NCBI RefSeq assembly: GCF_006345805.1
Contig: NC_043004.1
Coordinates: 21,638,001-21,702,000, forward strand
Reading direction: 5' to 3'
From: Octopus sinensis
Lineage: Eukaryota
Length of the DNA stretch: 64,000 nt
Within the stretch, counting starts at the first letter, position 1. Every line of letters begins with the position of its first letter. Both the position numbers and the translations under genes were made by a program. The notes under the pieces were generated by a model. The model saw nothing but the letters and a program-made list of their open reading frames with translations, did not search any database and was not told the DNA's origin. Positions 1-13,530 of the stretch are shown in pieces.

Positions 1-389
1 TAATCCAAAATAGAGACGAAAACCATTTCCACATGTGATCGGCTAAAAAAATATAAAAATATTAAAAAAATATTAAAAAATATAAAAATATTTAGATCGC
101 ATGAGACCAATGGTTTCATACAGAAAACAAAGTATTTATACATGCATATTTGCATGTGTGTAATGTAATGCATATATGTATGTACGTATGTATGCACACA
201 AAAGCATTGCCAACAGAAAAAGCATAAACATGTGTTGGAAATGAATTCAGGATTTTGAGAATGAGAAGCTCAGCCTAGAATTAGAACAAGGTAATTTAAA
301 AGTGTGTATAAAGAGAGGTATGTGAAAATCTTCTATGAAAACAAGCAGGAAATATATAAAAAAGATGTAAATAAGAGAACGATAAGTAT

Positions 390-425
<36 letters not shown>

Positions 426-669
426 ATATACAAGTGCACACGCAGATATATACATACCTAAACACAAACATATATGGACCGAAACTTCTGCATACGTATA
501 TACATGCACAAAAGCACATAATATATATACTGTATACACAAATCGGAAGAGTTAAAGTCTTTCTATATTTAAGAGATGAGGAATTATGCACATTAATTAC
601 GTTTGACGGATATTTGTTCTCATCGTGTTTTTGGTTAACACATCAAAGATATATATATATATATATACA

Positions 670-1050
670 TATTATATAAAATCCGTTCTGTCTGTCTCTG
701 TGTGTGTCTTCTAGGATGTCGGGCATCCTCCATCCGATTGCGCTTAAATTTGATATCTAGATACCTACGGTATCAGGGCGTGTATAAGTCATGAAAATAT
801 TACAAAAGTCGATTCCAGGTTAGAATGCGATCGATAAAGCCGTGGGAACGTATATTTGTACGTGCAAGTGCATCAGCTGTTTCGATCGATACTACGCGTA
901 CGCGATAAAAATGCACGTGAAGTTTGTGCAAAAAAAGCCGGCTGGCTTGAAATAATGCCACAAAATGCAGTATATTTAAGAGACCCCAACATTTGCTTTA
1001 AATGTTTGACAACTCAGCACCGTCTGTTGGGCAGGGGGGCGTTTTGCTCG

Positions 1051-1051
<1 letters not shown>
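670..1051 (+). mobile_element. Non-autonomous Helitron/Helentron-like element
   Basis: Starts with TATATAAAA in a TA tract, then a (GTCT)/(GT) microsatellite and CCGATT..AAATTTG. Ends with a GC-rich segment and GCTCGT (CTAG-T-like) in a TA tract. This layout is typical of DINE-1/Helentron-type short elements; family not verified. Confidence 0.5.
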
Positions 1052-1082
<31 letters not shown>

Positions 1083-1399
1083 CAATTGAACGCCAGCATT
1101 ACAGCAGTAAATTCAATCACTTTCCTAGTATAAGAAACATTATACACATCATTAACTAGTATTCATTAGTAAAGGTGATTTTAACAAAGTTCCTCATTGT
1201 ATTTGTTGTGATACTATAGGTGCCCATGTTCTAATATATTCAATGTTTGTAACATTACGGTTTTAAAGAATTTTTACGAAAATTATATAAATATAATAAT
1301 GATGATGATGATAATAATAGGTGTAGTAATTCTACGAATAATAATACGATAAGACTGTTCATAAAAATTAATGATAATACAAATGATATCGAAGAAGAG

Positions 1400-1452
<53 letters not shown>

Positions 1453-1599
1453 GTGTGCGCAGGCGTGTTGAACTATTGAAACTGCTTTAAACAATTAAAA
1501 ATTACTTGATTCTTAAATAATTCAGCATTAAATTGTATGAGAAAAAAACCAAAACGAACAAATTATATATTTTACACACACATACACAGTCAGGTTCTT

Positions 1600-1657
1600 A
1601 TATTTACAGTCATTCTTTCTCTCCTCTCTCTTTTTGTCTCTCTCTCTTGATATATAT

Positions 1658-1726
<69 letters not shown>

Positions 1727-2480
1727 GCATGTATGTATTTGTATACACACGCGCATATACATATATATATGCTTAATAAATATGTGTATAAACGCAAGAA
1801 TATTTATACATACAGATATTTATTAGTTATGCATATGCAGATATGTATGCATGTATATGTGCTTATATGTATAGATATGCACATAATGTGAGCTCATGTG
1901 TGTATAAATATAAACAAGCTTTTATGTACGTATAGCCATGCATATTTATATCTATATAATTACGTACACATAAGTATGTATATATATATTTATATATATG
2001 CGTATACACACATGTATTTATATATATAAATATACATGTGTATTTACATACATGTTTATATATGTGTATATGTTTATATTTATATACACACTTATGTATA
2101 TGTGTGCACATATATAAAAATGTATACACACACTTACAAACATATGCACACGTTATGATCCTATCTCTACACATAATATATTCCTATATATATTCCTATA
2201 TATATATATTTATATACACACTTATGTATATGTGTGCACATATATAAAAATGTATACACGCACTTACAAACATATGCACACGTTATGTTCCTATCTCTAC
2301 ACATAATATATTCCTATATATATATATATTTAGTAAATATTTTTATGCCTATACATACACATATATGTTCACGTATATATATATTTATAATATATATACA
2401 CATAATAATATACACAGTGCACATACGTACACGCACATAATTTTATATAATTATGAATGTATACATACATATGTGTCTAT
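1600..2480. repeat. (TA)/(CA)/(TG) low-complexity block with an internal ~130-bp tandem duplication (2079-2330)
   Basis: Dinucleotide runs. The segment tttatatacacacttatg...attcctatatata occurs twice, ~130 bp apart. Confidence 0.9.
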
Positions 2481-4474
2481 ATGCCTGAGTGTACATATAA
2501 TATTAGGAATGAAAACAAATTGTAATATAAAGAATTTAACCACTGTAGAAAGAGTAACACATTTGAGAATAGTATTGTTCCAGAAATTTCTGCTAATGTA
2601 AACACTTTGGTATATTATAACATATTGATCTTTGACAGTTTAATGTGAATTACATATTTTTAAGTTTTCGACTCCATGTATTCAATTTTAAATCGTATTT
2701 GTTTAATCTATATGAAATTATTTTGCCAAACTTTGAGACTTATAAAACGGCCATTAATATCAATCCAGTTTTTATTAGAATATACATTTCACTAAGATGA
2801 TAAAAAGAAAGTTGCAAGGATACCAGATACCTTTGGCTATGTACTTACAGATAAGTAATTCAGTACTCTACTTGATTCAATCTAATACTGTAGCAAACTC
2901 ACATGTATAACATAACAATATACTTGAGATTTTACAAAGATATAAAAAAGAAATAGATACTACACTGGCCTGCTCAAGATGAAATAGTGTAAAAGAACTT
3001 CAGATAAAATAAAGTAAAAAAATGACACCACTTTCATGTGCTTGCAATTTTGCTTTTATATATTTTGTCCTAAACTTCACTTTCAAATATATAAATAAAA
3101 TAAATAATATATTTTTGTGCAAAAATAACATTAAAATATCTGACGTAATTTCATGTATGTATATTTTTATCTATTCATTTTGTGGTTTTTAAAGACATTT
3201 TAAGAGCTGTCTGGGAGCTTTTGATCTCTTCGTTCTTAAGTGCTAAAATTGTGGCATGATCATGTTTATGGAATATGTTTTTATGACTGTTAAAGTTTCA
3301 AATATTCACTACAAGAAATAAGCTGGAGTTAATTGTCTACAAAATATAGATAAAATGAAAAAAAAACAGCAAATGATTTAAAGTAAAATAGTGAAAAGAA
3401 TTATGTTTCATATACAATAAATAAAAAAAATGTACAAAAATATATACGTGCACATAATTTTTACTTACATTTATCTGGCATTTCGTCATTACGATACAAA
3501 AGAGATTTTATATGTTTAAAAGCATTTAACGAAGTAGCAATTTCTTTTCATTGCAACAGTTACATTTGCACGTAACATATAAACAGAAAAAAATATTTTT
3601 ATATAAAGATAGAATTTATTCATATTTTATTTTTCAGGTAATTATTTCCTTTATGTAACAATTTATTTAAAAACAAATATATCATCTATATTTAATTATA
3701 AACTGTATGGCTACCAGTTCAGCAAAGTGATTTCAAACATTGAATAAAATCAGTTTTTACATTTTCCTGTTTACTTTATCATTCTCATTATTTACTTACT
3801 TTTTTATATGTAAAATGAATGTTATTATGAATTCTAATACGAAATAAAAACGAGGAAACATATTTAGAAATTAATTTATTTCTGTAAAAGTTTTATTGAG
3901 ATCAAAATATAATACTCTTCAATTGTGACGATTTTGTCATGAACATGCATAAAATGAAACCATAGCAGCTTTGATTTAAAATTCATGTCTTTAAGTTTAT
4001 TTGAACCGTTATCTGTAAATATTCAGTCAAAATATACAGATCAGTGAAACGATAAAATAAAGATAGGCATTTTCACTAGCAAAGAGGAAACAAGTTCTAA
4101 CGAGAAAAAAGTATCATAAATAGGATCATAAAATTTATCTGTGCTTTGCATGAACAGCATATATCCACAGCGTCAACAAGTACTTCAATAAATTTGCAAT
4201 AACTAAAGAGTATCCCTTTGATAATCCAAGCCTCGTCGAACGCGAAGGAGTAAGATGAGTAAAAGATAAAGCTACGACCCTAAACATCTATTGGTATCGT
4301 TGAATTATTACATGTATTTCTGATGTAATTGGGAATTTGTGTGGATACGTTGAAATTTCATTGTAGGTAGTTAAATATTGAAAATTAATTCCACAAATAA
4401 ATATTCACTTTAATGGCTTGAAGGGACACAGTATTTCGTTATGCAACCGTTATATACCGCAAAGTATATTAAAC

Positions 4475-4894
4475 ACAGGAGTGGCTGTGTGGTAAGTAGC
4501 TTGCTAACCAACCACATGGTTCCGGGTTCAGTCCCACTGCGTGGCATCTTGGGCAAGTGTCTTCTGCTATAGCCCCGGGCCGACCAATGCCTTGTGAGTG
4601 GATTTGGTAGACGGAAACTGAAAGAAGCCTGTCGTATATATGTATATATATATATATGTATGTATGTGTGTGTGTGTTTGTGTGTCTGTGTTTGTCCCCC
4701 TCGCATTGCTTGACAACTGATGCTGGTGTGTTTACGTCCCCGTCACTTAGCGGTTCGGCAAAATAGACCGATAGAATAAGTACTGGGCTTACAAAGAATA
4801 AGTCCCGGGGTCGATTTGCTCGACTAAAGGCGGTGCTCCATCATGGCCGCAGTCAAATGACTGAAACAAGTAAAAGAGTAAAAGAGTAAAAGAG
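4475..4894 (+). mobile_element. tRNA-derived SINE, ~410-bp octopus-type family (full length)
   Basis: A-box GGCTGTGTGG and B-box GGTTCAGTCC head, internal (TA)/(TG) microsatellite, 3' tail (GTAAAAGA)n. Homologous copies at 21630, 48860, 52441 and 55390. Probably one of the described octopus OK/OR SINE families; assignment not verified. Confidence 0.9.
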
Positions 4895-5050
4895 CCAATG
4901 CCATGTACTACTGTGTTAGCAGTGCTATTAAATCACTTGTTAAGGTTATCTCAACAGATTTTCTATAGAAATTATATCCAGCGCTGACTTTGTTACGACG
5001 TTTCGTATCCGAAACACCAGATGTAAACAACAATGAAATCGAAAATAAAA

Positions 5051-5120
5051 AATGGGTAACGGGTGTATACACTTCATTTCAGGGGTTTTTACTCCTTCAT
5101 CAGCACCCGTCGAACCCATT
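5051..5120 (-). ncRNA. Type I hammerhead ribozyme motif
   Basis: Minus strand reads acgggtg-CTGATGA-aggag/cccct-GAAA-tg(aagtg)ta-T-A-cacccgt. It has a 7-bp stem I plus an aatgggt/acccatt extension, an intact core and an AUA cleavage triplet. Confidence 0.75.
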
Positions 5121-5253
5121 AACTATCCACGAAATTATTGCTTAAATAGCCATTAAAATACAGCGGTGTAACCTTATTGGGTGCACCAATTTTATATATA
5201 TCGTTAAACTGCTACATTCTGTGGCTATGCAAGCAATGAATTCGTGGATGATT

Positions 5254-5321
5254 AATGGGTTTGATGGGTACTGATGAAGGAGCCAAAACTCCTGAAATAT
5301 GTCATACGACCATTACCCATT
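5254..5321 (+). ncRNA. Type I hammerhead ribozyme motif (partly decayed)
   Basis: CTGATGA at 5271-5277, perfect stem II aggag/ctcct, GAAA at 5294-5297, and a long bulged stem I (aatgggtttgatgggta with atacgaccattacccatt). Base-of-stem mismatches relative to the sister copy. Confidence 0.65.
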
Positions 5322-5589
5322 TTCATCTTTGATCTCGTTTTTTTGTTTACACCAGGCGTCTCGAATACGAAACATCATAACAATCAGTGTTGGCTATAAT
5401 TTCTATAGAAAGTCTGGAGAGATAAACTTAACAAGTAAATATTCACTTCGTTTACAGTTCTTTAGTTTTCTTTGCAGTGTTCGTATATACCATTAGACTT
5501 AGTGTGAATAAAAGGAAGTTGGGTGTATTGTAAGATTGCATTGGTGTAGCTATTTTTACACACACATATGTATTGTTGTTATAATTAGT

Positions 5590-8015
5590 TGTTAATTCGA
5601 CCTCGAGTATGACGCCATGGGATTTCTTCCTCAAGCTCTTTCCTTGCACGACTTCGTAAATGATTCTTCATACCTGCTTTTCACTTTAATACACATGTTA
5701 CACTACAATCTATGTTACTGGGGATTTCTCACCTGCTTCATATCATCATGTCCTCTGATGTAACTCTTGAAACCAACGAGAGAAAGACAGATTCTTCTAC
5801 ATATTTCCCTTTTACCACTTTTGTTTGCAGCATTTTAGGTTGTTTCTTGCTTCCCCAACCGACTTGTTCTTTTGAAAGATTCAAAAGCTGAATTCTTTCT
5901 CTCTCAAAAACTGCTACACTATCAAAGATTGTATTCCTCCACTTTGCTCTGTTAGCAACTAAATCTCCCCAGTTCTCAATAGAAATAAAGCAAGTTAACC
6001 CTAAGAAGATCTTTGTACCACTGTTTGGTTTTGAGGTTTTTCATCTACCTTGTTTCAATTCTTCATAAAACAGCTGCTTTTGAATTTTAGTATTATTCAT
6101 ACGAACAAGATGACCACTCTATCTTTAAAAAATCCGATCAATTCTGATCATTTGAGCTTTCTCTAGAATTTTGGTATATGGAGTATGTCTCGCTTCACTG
6201 CTTCACATTACGTATATGCCGATATGTCCCAAACAGCGTTGATGAAACTTAGTGGTTGTATATCATCCGAGTTTCACAACCACACAATAAAGCTGAGGGC
6301 ACAGAAGTCCTTTGTGTTTAATTTGATCCCGAGTTTTGACCAAAGCTTGCTTTCTTGATTTCCAAAACCTATAGAAGCCTTCTTCATTCAGTATAAAATC
6401 TCAACCAAATTTTTATCATCTGACAGCACACTTTCCAGATAATAAAAAAAGACTTTCAATTCTGTATCTCCTTGTAATATCTAGTTTAGGTGTGACCAGC
6501 GACATAACGTCTGTTTTGTTCAAAATTTCTAAACCAAAATCTATTCATGATGCATTAAAAATTGTGAAGACGTGCAGTTCTTGTTGTCTGTCGAATACTT
6601 AATCACAATCACCAGCTTATAATAGTCCCCGAACAAAAGATTCAAACACATTACCATTTGCGGTAAATCTGATTTTGGACAGTCTTCATGTGATTCTAAA
6701 TTAGATGTAGATTCCCTTAGTATTAGAACACAGGAAAAAGGTTCAGATAAATTGCCATTGAAACATCTTCTAGCCTTCATGTTGTCATGCAAAGTTTGAA
6801 TCAGGTCTATAAATTTGCTTGGAGAAACTGTACTTCTTCAGCACATTCCATAGCATTGATCAGTTGATTGTGTCACATTCCTTGATGTGATCGAAAAAGC
6901 CTCGATACAAGTCACGCTTCCGCTCAATATTTGTTTTCTGAATTTAACATGCAGGAAATATCATGTGGCTAGTTCTTCTTTGGGCTCTAAATTCACATTG
7001 AATTCCTGGAAGAATGTCGTTTGCAACTATGGAAATCAACCTGTTCAGCAGAACTTTTACGAAAAGTTTGCCCACTATAGAGAACAGCAAAATTCATTGA
7101 AAATTTCAGCACACACATTTTTCGGCCTTTTAAACAGATACCCAAATTACATCTCTCCTGTTTTGAGGTACCAATGAGTCCCATACATGGAAAATAACTA
7201 CGTAGAGCTTACTTTCAACTTCCCTTCGTCACATTTCAGTACCTCTGCACGTATTCCATACTTGCCAGATGATTTCCTGTTGTTCCTTTGAACTCTGGCT
7301 TTCTCGACTTGGGGTTTCATTTAAACATACTTTGAATGACAGTTGTTCAATATCGTCTAATACAGATTCACCACATTGTTATCCTGTTCAATAGCACATT
7401 ATTGTGTTCCCTCTATCCAGCCTGTGTTTCATTTGGTTGATTCAAGATCTTATTTTCATCCTTGGGCTGAACAAGTGCAAAAGAGGAATGTTGTAGATCA
7501 TAGAATTCATGTAGCAATTGATGCATTGTCTTTGAATTTGTAGCAAGTGATGTATTTTGAAGGGCTGAGCTTTCTCTTCCTATCAGGTACTCTAGATGCT
7601 ACGCAAATGCCTTTGACTTCACCATTCATCATTACTAATGCTTTTTCTTTATCACTAGAAGATAAATTTGGAAGAAGTGTCAGATTTTGTGGTTTTGTTT
7701 TTCCTACAGGTTACGAATCCCCTTATTCTTGGTGATTCCAATTTCAAATGCCTAGTGTTTCCTCGGCTGTGCTGCATATATTTTCTTTGAAATTGTCATC
7801 AGATTTAAATGACTGCCAATGACTGATATCAACAAATTTTGAGTTTCATTTGACTGGAGTTTTCCCGCATTTAAATTTTGCGTGAAATTGCTTTGCGGTA
7901 AAACTTGGAGCATATCTAAATTTAGTTTGCACTAATCACTGATCAGCACCTCTTAAAACTTTCACTGTTTTCATATCATGGAGATCACGCTTTCGAGTGA
8001 TAATAAACTTAGTCA
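5590..8015 (-). mobile_element. RTE-clade LINE, 5'-truncated and decayed (end of APE, RT, C-terminal region)
   Basis: Minus-strand frames give FIITRKRDLHDMKTVKVLRGADQ (APE end), HDNMKARRCFNGNLSEPF (RT) and AGMKNHLRS (C-terminal zinc-finger-like). Many stops and frameshifts; (AAC)-type tail near 5575-5600. Confidence 0.85.
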
Positions 8016-8597
8016 TATTACATTGCATTGAACGTGAATGCATCCATGTTTGTTTGTACTTGCTTTTTTGAAGAACACGTTATATTCATTGCATAACTGT
8101 AACTTCAGGATATTGCTGTTGCTGTTCTCTCTCTCTCTCTCTCTCTCGCTCTTACTATATAAATACATACATACATGCATATATATATATATATATATGT
8201 ACAATTTTTATTTATGCGGCCACTTAGGTTTTTCCATTTCTGCCTACGTAAAGTTCCCACCGTTTCCTAGGTGCATCTTACGCGTATTTTAGTACATTAT
8301 GATGCAACAATCCATCAAGGTCTTCATAAGGGCATTTTAACTGCTATTTTGATTAACATTTTTTCCTTAAACTGGGCCATTATTGTTTCTCCTTTATCAA
8401 CATGCATATTTGGAGACAAGTGAATTTTCAGGCGTGAAAATGTACAAAGAATAGTTAAACTAAACAACTGAAAGTACATAAACTCATGTATGTTAACCAG
8501 TATTATCAATCGCTAGAAGTGCATATTGGTACCTGCTTAGATTATATATCCGCATCAACCAAAAGGTTTGGAAATTTTTGGTAACTAGATATATATA

Positions 8598-9160
8598 CAG
8601 GATGTGTAAGGTATTTGAGCACATATCTTTTTGGGTCATTGCTGCATGTTTTGCTAACTCTGTCTAACCGTTGTTTCAGAAAATAACAATGGCAGGCCAT
8701 CAGCTTACTCAAGGAATGAGGAGGCATGCTGTTATTGTGGTTATAAAGGCTGAGCATTTAGAAATATCTCGATTTTTAAAAGTTGTTAGATCTTTCATTA
8801 ACAAAGTTTGTAAGGAGCTAGAAATTGAAGATGAAAACATATCACCAGTATCAAAGCATAAAAAGCATTCTAAACACTCTGAAATCATCAGAACATTTCA
8901 ATTTATCTAGCAAGTTTAACAGACCATTGATTACAATCCCAGAAAGTTCTTGAGATCAATTGCAAAAGATCTCCATGTGTCAGAAGAACAGTCAGAAATA
9001 TTGTCCCCGAGGGTCTCAGATATAAGCCATATATGATGAAGAAAGATCAATTTGTCTGAAAAATTAAAAGAAAATCACTACATCAGATCTAAAAGGCTTT
9101 TAAACAAGCTGAAAAATCCAGCAGAAGATTTGATCTGATTTTTCTCAAAGGAGAAATGAC
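8598..9160 (+). mobile_element. Tc1/mariner transposon 5' fragment (transposase pseudogene, DD37D/maT-like)
   Basis: TA|CAGGATGTG left end at 8598. Translation RRHAVIVVIKAEHLEISRFLKVVRSFINKVCKEL...KHKKHSKHSEIIRT, then RSIAKDLHVS and I*FFSKEK, where the first catalytic Asp (FSDE) is mutated. Confidence 0.85.
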
Positions 9161-9180
9161 AGATGGCTAAGTGCAAACCC

Positions 9181-9213
<33 letters not shown>

Positions 9214-9336
9214 ACTTATAAAATAAGGGCAAAAGAAAAATTCTAATGCCAAATATGCCGAAAAAAAGGCAAAATTGTCAATAACCATTATAATTTATGC
9301 GTCTTGAAACAAGCCGATAGAAATTTCTAAAAAATC

Positions 9337-9407
9337 CGTTATTACCGCATTGGTCCAAATTTTGGGGTTAATTCATAAGAATGTTGCCCTCTTCAGCGAT
9401 AAATACG
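9337..9407 (-). ncRNA. Degenerate hammerhead-like motif in a probable Penelope-type repeat
   Basis: cgtatttatcg-CTGAAGA-ggg...cccc-AAAA (GAAA with G>A)-tttggaccaat-g-cggtaataacg. Stem I is 11 bp with 2 mismatches; the core is damaged. Confidence 0.4.
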
Positions 9408-10470
9408 TTAGACATAAATGGAATATTTACTCATACCCATGGAAAAAGCAAGCACTAAGTCCTGAGCAGACCTAAGTACCCCAAATATATCCAAACTAGA
9501 AAATCTTCGGCACATCTCGAGACACGTGTGATTCGAACAAGAAACTTTCACAGAGTGAGAGAATCCGGAAATTTCCAATTAAGCATAAGGAGCTAAGAGG
9601 AACAGGATGCAAGATTCTCTCCCTTAGCACAAATACATGCACACACGCCGTAAAGTCGTAAAAACACCTCATGAAAGATTGAGAGATAAGTATTGAGTAG
9701 AAAGAGCAAAAGATACCCCACGAGTTAACTGAAAGAAAGCACCAATGCAATTTTCGCAATTGATAATCATAACCATAAAGTATCAACATTCGAGGAAGTT
9801 TAAATCCTGCGTGCTTCCGTTAGGACTATTATTATCGAGTGTTGATATGGTATTAACTAATCACTAAATCAGACATTTCTTCCCCACTAAGTGAAGATGT
9901 GTCTCTGCATATTATAAGTTTTCGTGAATGATATTTAACATTTAGTACAATACTAATACATACCATCTTCGTGTTCATTGCCAACCTCCGTTTCTTCAGT
10001 AATCTGTCAGCATCTTGTATGTCATTTCGTTCGTCTTCTTATTTTCACTCAAAACTTGTGTAGTCTAACTGTATTCGAGAGAAATATATAATCTTAGAAA
10101 TTGATGATGCCATTTAATTTCTTTTATTCTTCAATCCATTAAGTTGTTGCATGGACTTTCAGCGCTACTCCAGACAATGCGTACGTGAATATTGAAGTGT
10201 GTTAATCGAGATAAATGCCTATTAAATTCAAATTTTGATTCTATACATGTTCTACTGACCTCTGCTGTCAGAATGTAGGCATATTGTATCGTGTTTGAGT
10301 ACCTAAATTTCCGTCTTATCAGAATTATCCTTTTATGGGGGGGGGGGTAAGTCTCGACTGCTGTGTAAGTGATATTGAGCACAATGATATTTGATTCCAC
10401 TTGTCATATTTCTGAATATAGTTCTTACTCAGGATGTACCATCACAAATGTAACTTTCAAGGCGGTACAT

Positions 10471-10702
10471 AGGCGGCGAGCTGGCAGAAGCGTTAGCATG
10501 CCGGGCGAAATGCTTAGCGGTATTTCGTCTGCCGTTACGTTGTGAGTTCAAATTCCGCCGAGGTCGACTTTGCCTTTCATCCTTTCGGGGTCGATAAATT
10601 AAGCACCAGTTACGCACTGGGGTCTATGTAATCGACTTAATACCTATGTCTGTCCTTGTTTGTCCCCTCTATGTTTAGCCCCTTGTGGGTAATAAAGAAA
10701 TA
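10471..10702 (+). mobile_element. tRNA-derived SINE, ~230-bp family (full length) with 7-bp TSD
   Basis: A-box TGGCAGAAGCG, B-box GAGTTCAAATTC, core GCCTTTCATCCTTTCGGGGTCGATAAA (Meta/MESC-like), tail AATAAAGAAATA. GGTACAT flanks both ends (10464-10470, 10703-10709). Confidence 0.9.
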
Positions 10703-12149
10703 GGTACATGTCATGCTGGCATGCTCATTTTCATAGCCGTTTTCCAATGAAAGGCGAAGAGATGCTCATATATAGTAGAGTATTTGGATGTACATAATAA
10801 ATATTGCACTCAGTTAAATGTGTGAGCTAGAATAGATTCCCAGCATATGATCATCTATTTTGTAGTAGCTATATTAAAATCACTGATTGCTATCAAAACA
10901 TCTCGCGAGAGCCGGAACTGTGCTTTGATTAGAGCTCTTATTCGTTCAAGGAATGATTCATTTTTTCAAATAAGTGAACAGATCTCTGATGCCGATTGTT
11001 TATTGCAAGTACAGTCATTCCAATAAGTGAAATGAAACGCGAAGTGTCATGACGCAAGTCGTTATGGGTAATTAATAACCGAGAATAAAAAATCAATTTC
11101 TACTGTCGTTACTCATTATGATAAAAGCTTTATAAAAACATTTTAAGAATTGTTATATTTTTGTCAGGTTCTCTTTGCTATTTCCACATATGATGATATC
11201 ACTAATATGTGCCTTTCAGCTTAACATGAATAAAATTCTCCAATTCGTTGGAAACACAATATTATTTGCAATACCAAAATTAAGATGATTAACTGAACCA
11301 ATCAAGTGTACACTAGGTTAGTCGTTAGTTGTTTGTAATTAGATATTTGGTTTAATAAATTGTCTGAGTTTGGTAGCGAGTAAGTGCCTAAGCGAGTGAT
11401 AATCTTAATACTTTCAGAATAGTCAAATGCTAACTAGTTTGCGTTGTTACTGTAGCGGTGATTCGAATCCTGACCGCTAGATACTCGGTTAGACACTGCA
11501 AGTGAGCCACGGCAATTTCCCATGGTTCATCTATAAATCGACTAATCAGCGTGAAGCTGTAGGCTGCTATCATTTTTTTCAAATGTTCTAGAATTTAACC
11601 TCTTCCTTATAAAAACCGTTTACTGCGTAACACAGGGCACAGACAATCCATAGACACTGACGTCACAGAACCTTTCGGACATTAACGCAGATAACCCCGG
11701 GTGTTTTTCTGTTTTCTTTCTTTGAGCTGATATAGCTTCCTACTATATTTAGCCACATGTTGGACTTCGCAATAATTCGACCTTCAGAAGGATATTTGTT
11801 TGATAAATTTAGCATAGAAAAAGATGGTCGCATAGAAAAAGATTTCCGTATTAGTTTGCTTATAGAATATTGAAATAGATACCAGCCATGAAGATATAAT
11901 ATTAAAACACATGAACAACATATAGAAGATAAAAATATATTTCACTGAAATTTCTAAAGTAAAATATACATATTTGCCAATATTATATTGAAATGAATTT
12001 AAACGTTTAATATGGAGATTAAATGTAAAAATATATGTCAATATGGACAGTACACACGGAACAAATATAACAGTGATGTTTGTTTATTGCTGTTGTTGAC
12101 AGAATTATTGTAGGAAATCAAGCATAAATATAATTTAGTAAGATTTATA

Positions 12150-12195
12150 CATACATACATATATACATACACACGCACATACATACATACATGCA

Positions 12196-12226
<31 letters not shown>

Positions 12227-12376
12227 CAAACACCCATGTATACGTACATATATATACGTATATATGTATTTATATCTATCTACTTATCTCTCTCTATATA
12301 TATATATATTATATATATATATATATTATATATATGTATATATATATATGTATATATATATATGTATATATATATG

Positions 12377-12425
<49 letters not shown>

Positions 12426-12655
12426 GTATACATATATGTATATATATATATATGTATAATATATATATATATGTATATATATATGTACATATATATGTAT
12501 ATATATATGTATATATATATTGTATATATATATTTGTATATATATATGTATATATATATGTATATATATGTATATATATATATATATGTTATATATATAT
12601 ATATGTGTGTGTATATATATATATGTATATATGTATATATATATATGTATATATG

Positions 12656-12686
<31 letters not shown>

Positions 12687-12860
12687 GTATATATATATAT
12701 ATATAGATAGACAGATAGATAGTTATCTTCATTTATATATATGTGCGCGCCTGTGTATATGCTTATATGTATACATATGTGCGTGTGTGTGCCTGAGTGT
12801 GTATACATATATACAGTCACACGTACATGATTATGCATATATGTATACATATATATGTGC
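12150..12860. repeat. Large (TA)n/(TATG)n microsatellite block
   Basis: Near-pure TA/TG dinucleotides; source of the spurious IY-rich ORFs. Confidence 0.95.
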
Positions 12861-12863
12861 AAC

Positions 12864-13229
12864 TTGTTTTAGCCATTGAAGTGTGGCCATACTGGAGTAT
12901 CGCCTAAAAGCGTTTAGTCGAACAAGTCGATTCCATTGCTTATAGTATTTTAAGGCCTGGTAATTATTATATCGTTTCCTTTTACCAAACTGTTAGTTAC
13001 ATGGGCAGAAACACCGGTTGTCAATCGGTGATGGGATACAAAACCCAAAGACACACGCATACATAATACATACATGCATACACACTCATGCATCCACCCC
13101 CATATATATACGGCAGGTTTCTTTCAGTTTCCGTCTACCAAACTACCAAATCCATTCAAATGGCTTTACCCAAGCTGCTACACATTGGATCTGAACCTGG
13201 AAAGATGTGGATTGGAGGCAAGCTTTTTA

Positions 13230-13230
<1 letters not shown>
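12864..13230 (-). mobile_element. Decayed copy of the ~410-bp SINE
   Basis: Similar to the reverse complement of 4475-4894 (tttcagtttccgtctacc, aaatccattca, ggatctgaacctgg). Confidence 0.7.
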
Positions 13231-13285
<55 letters not shown>

Positions 13286-13530
13286 TATATATATTTTCTT
13301 GTTTTGCTTCTATATAACATAGCCTTTTGTGAATGAAGAAGTATAATGCCCTTGCCTTCAGATGCGTTTCTTCTCTTGGCGCTGGTTGATCTGATTTTGA
13401 AGATAATATTGTTTCCTAGTACTTCATGATTACGTTTACATCCACTTCATGAAGCTTTCTCAGTATATTTGAATACACACGAGGGTATAATATACACTCA
13501 CTTATATATGCATACATATTTGATTCCAGT

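Larger units (their letters stand above)
4910..5458. mobile_element. Fold-back element with ~240-bp diverged inverted arms, each carrying a hammerhead motif
   Basis: The reverse complement of ~4910-5150 aligns along its length with ~5225-5458 (shared aatggg..ctgatgaaggag..gaaat.., ataatttctatagaaa, gagataa-cttaacaagt). Confidence 0.85.

Noticed and set aside
4410-4706. ORF ...FRLPNPLTRHWSARGYSRRHLPKMPRSGTEPGTMW..., repeated at 21619-21855
   Set aside because: Antisense reading of the SINE head, recurring wherever the SINE does; not a gene.
4995-5016. GAAACGTC on the minus strand, resembling a second hammerhead in each fold-back arm
   Set aside because: No CUGANGA upstream (ctggtg/caggcg), and the GAAA is tied up in a gtttcg/cgaaac hairpin.
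11658-11665. Perfect CRE site TGACGTCA
   Set aside because: A single 8-mer is expected by chance in 64 kb; no supporting context.
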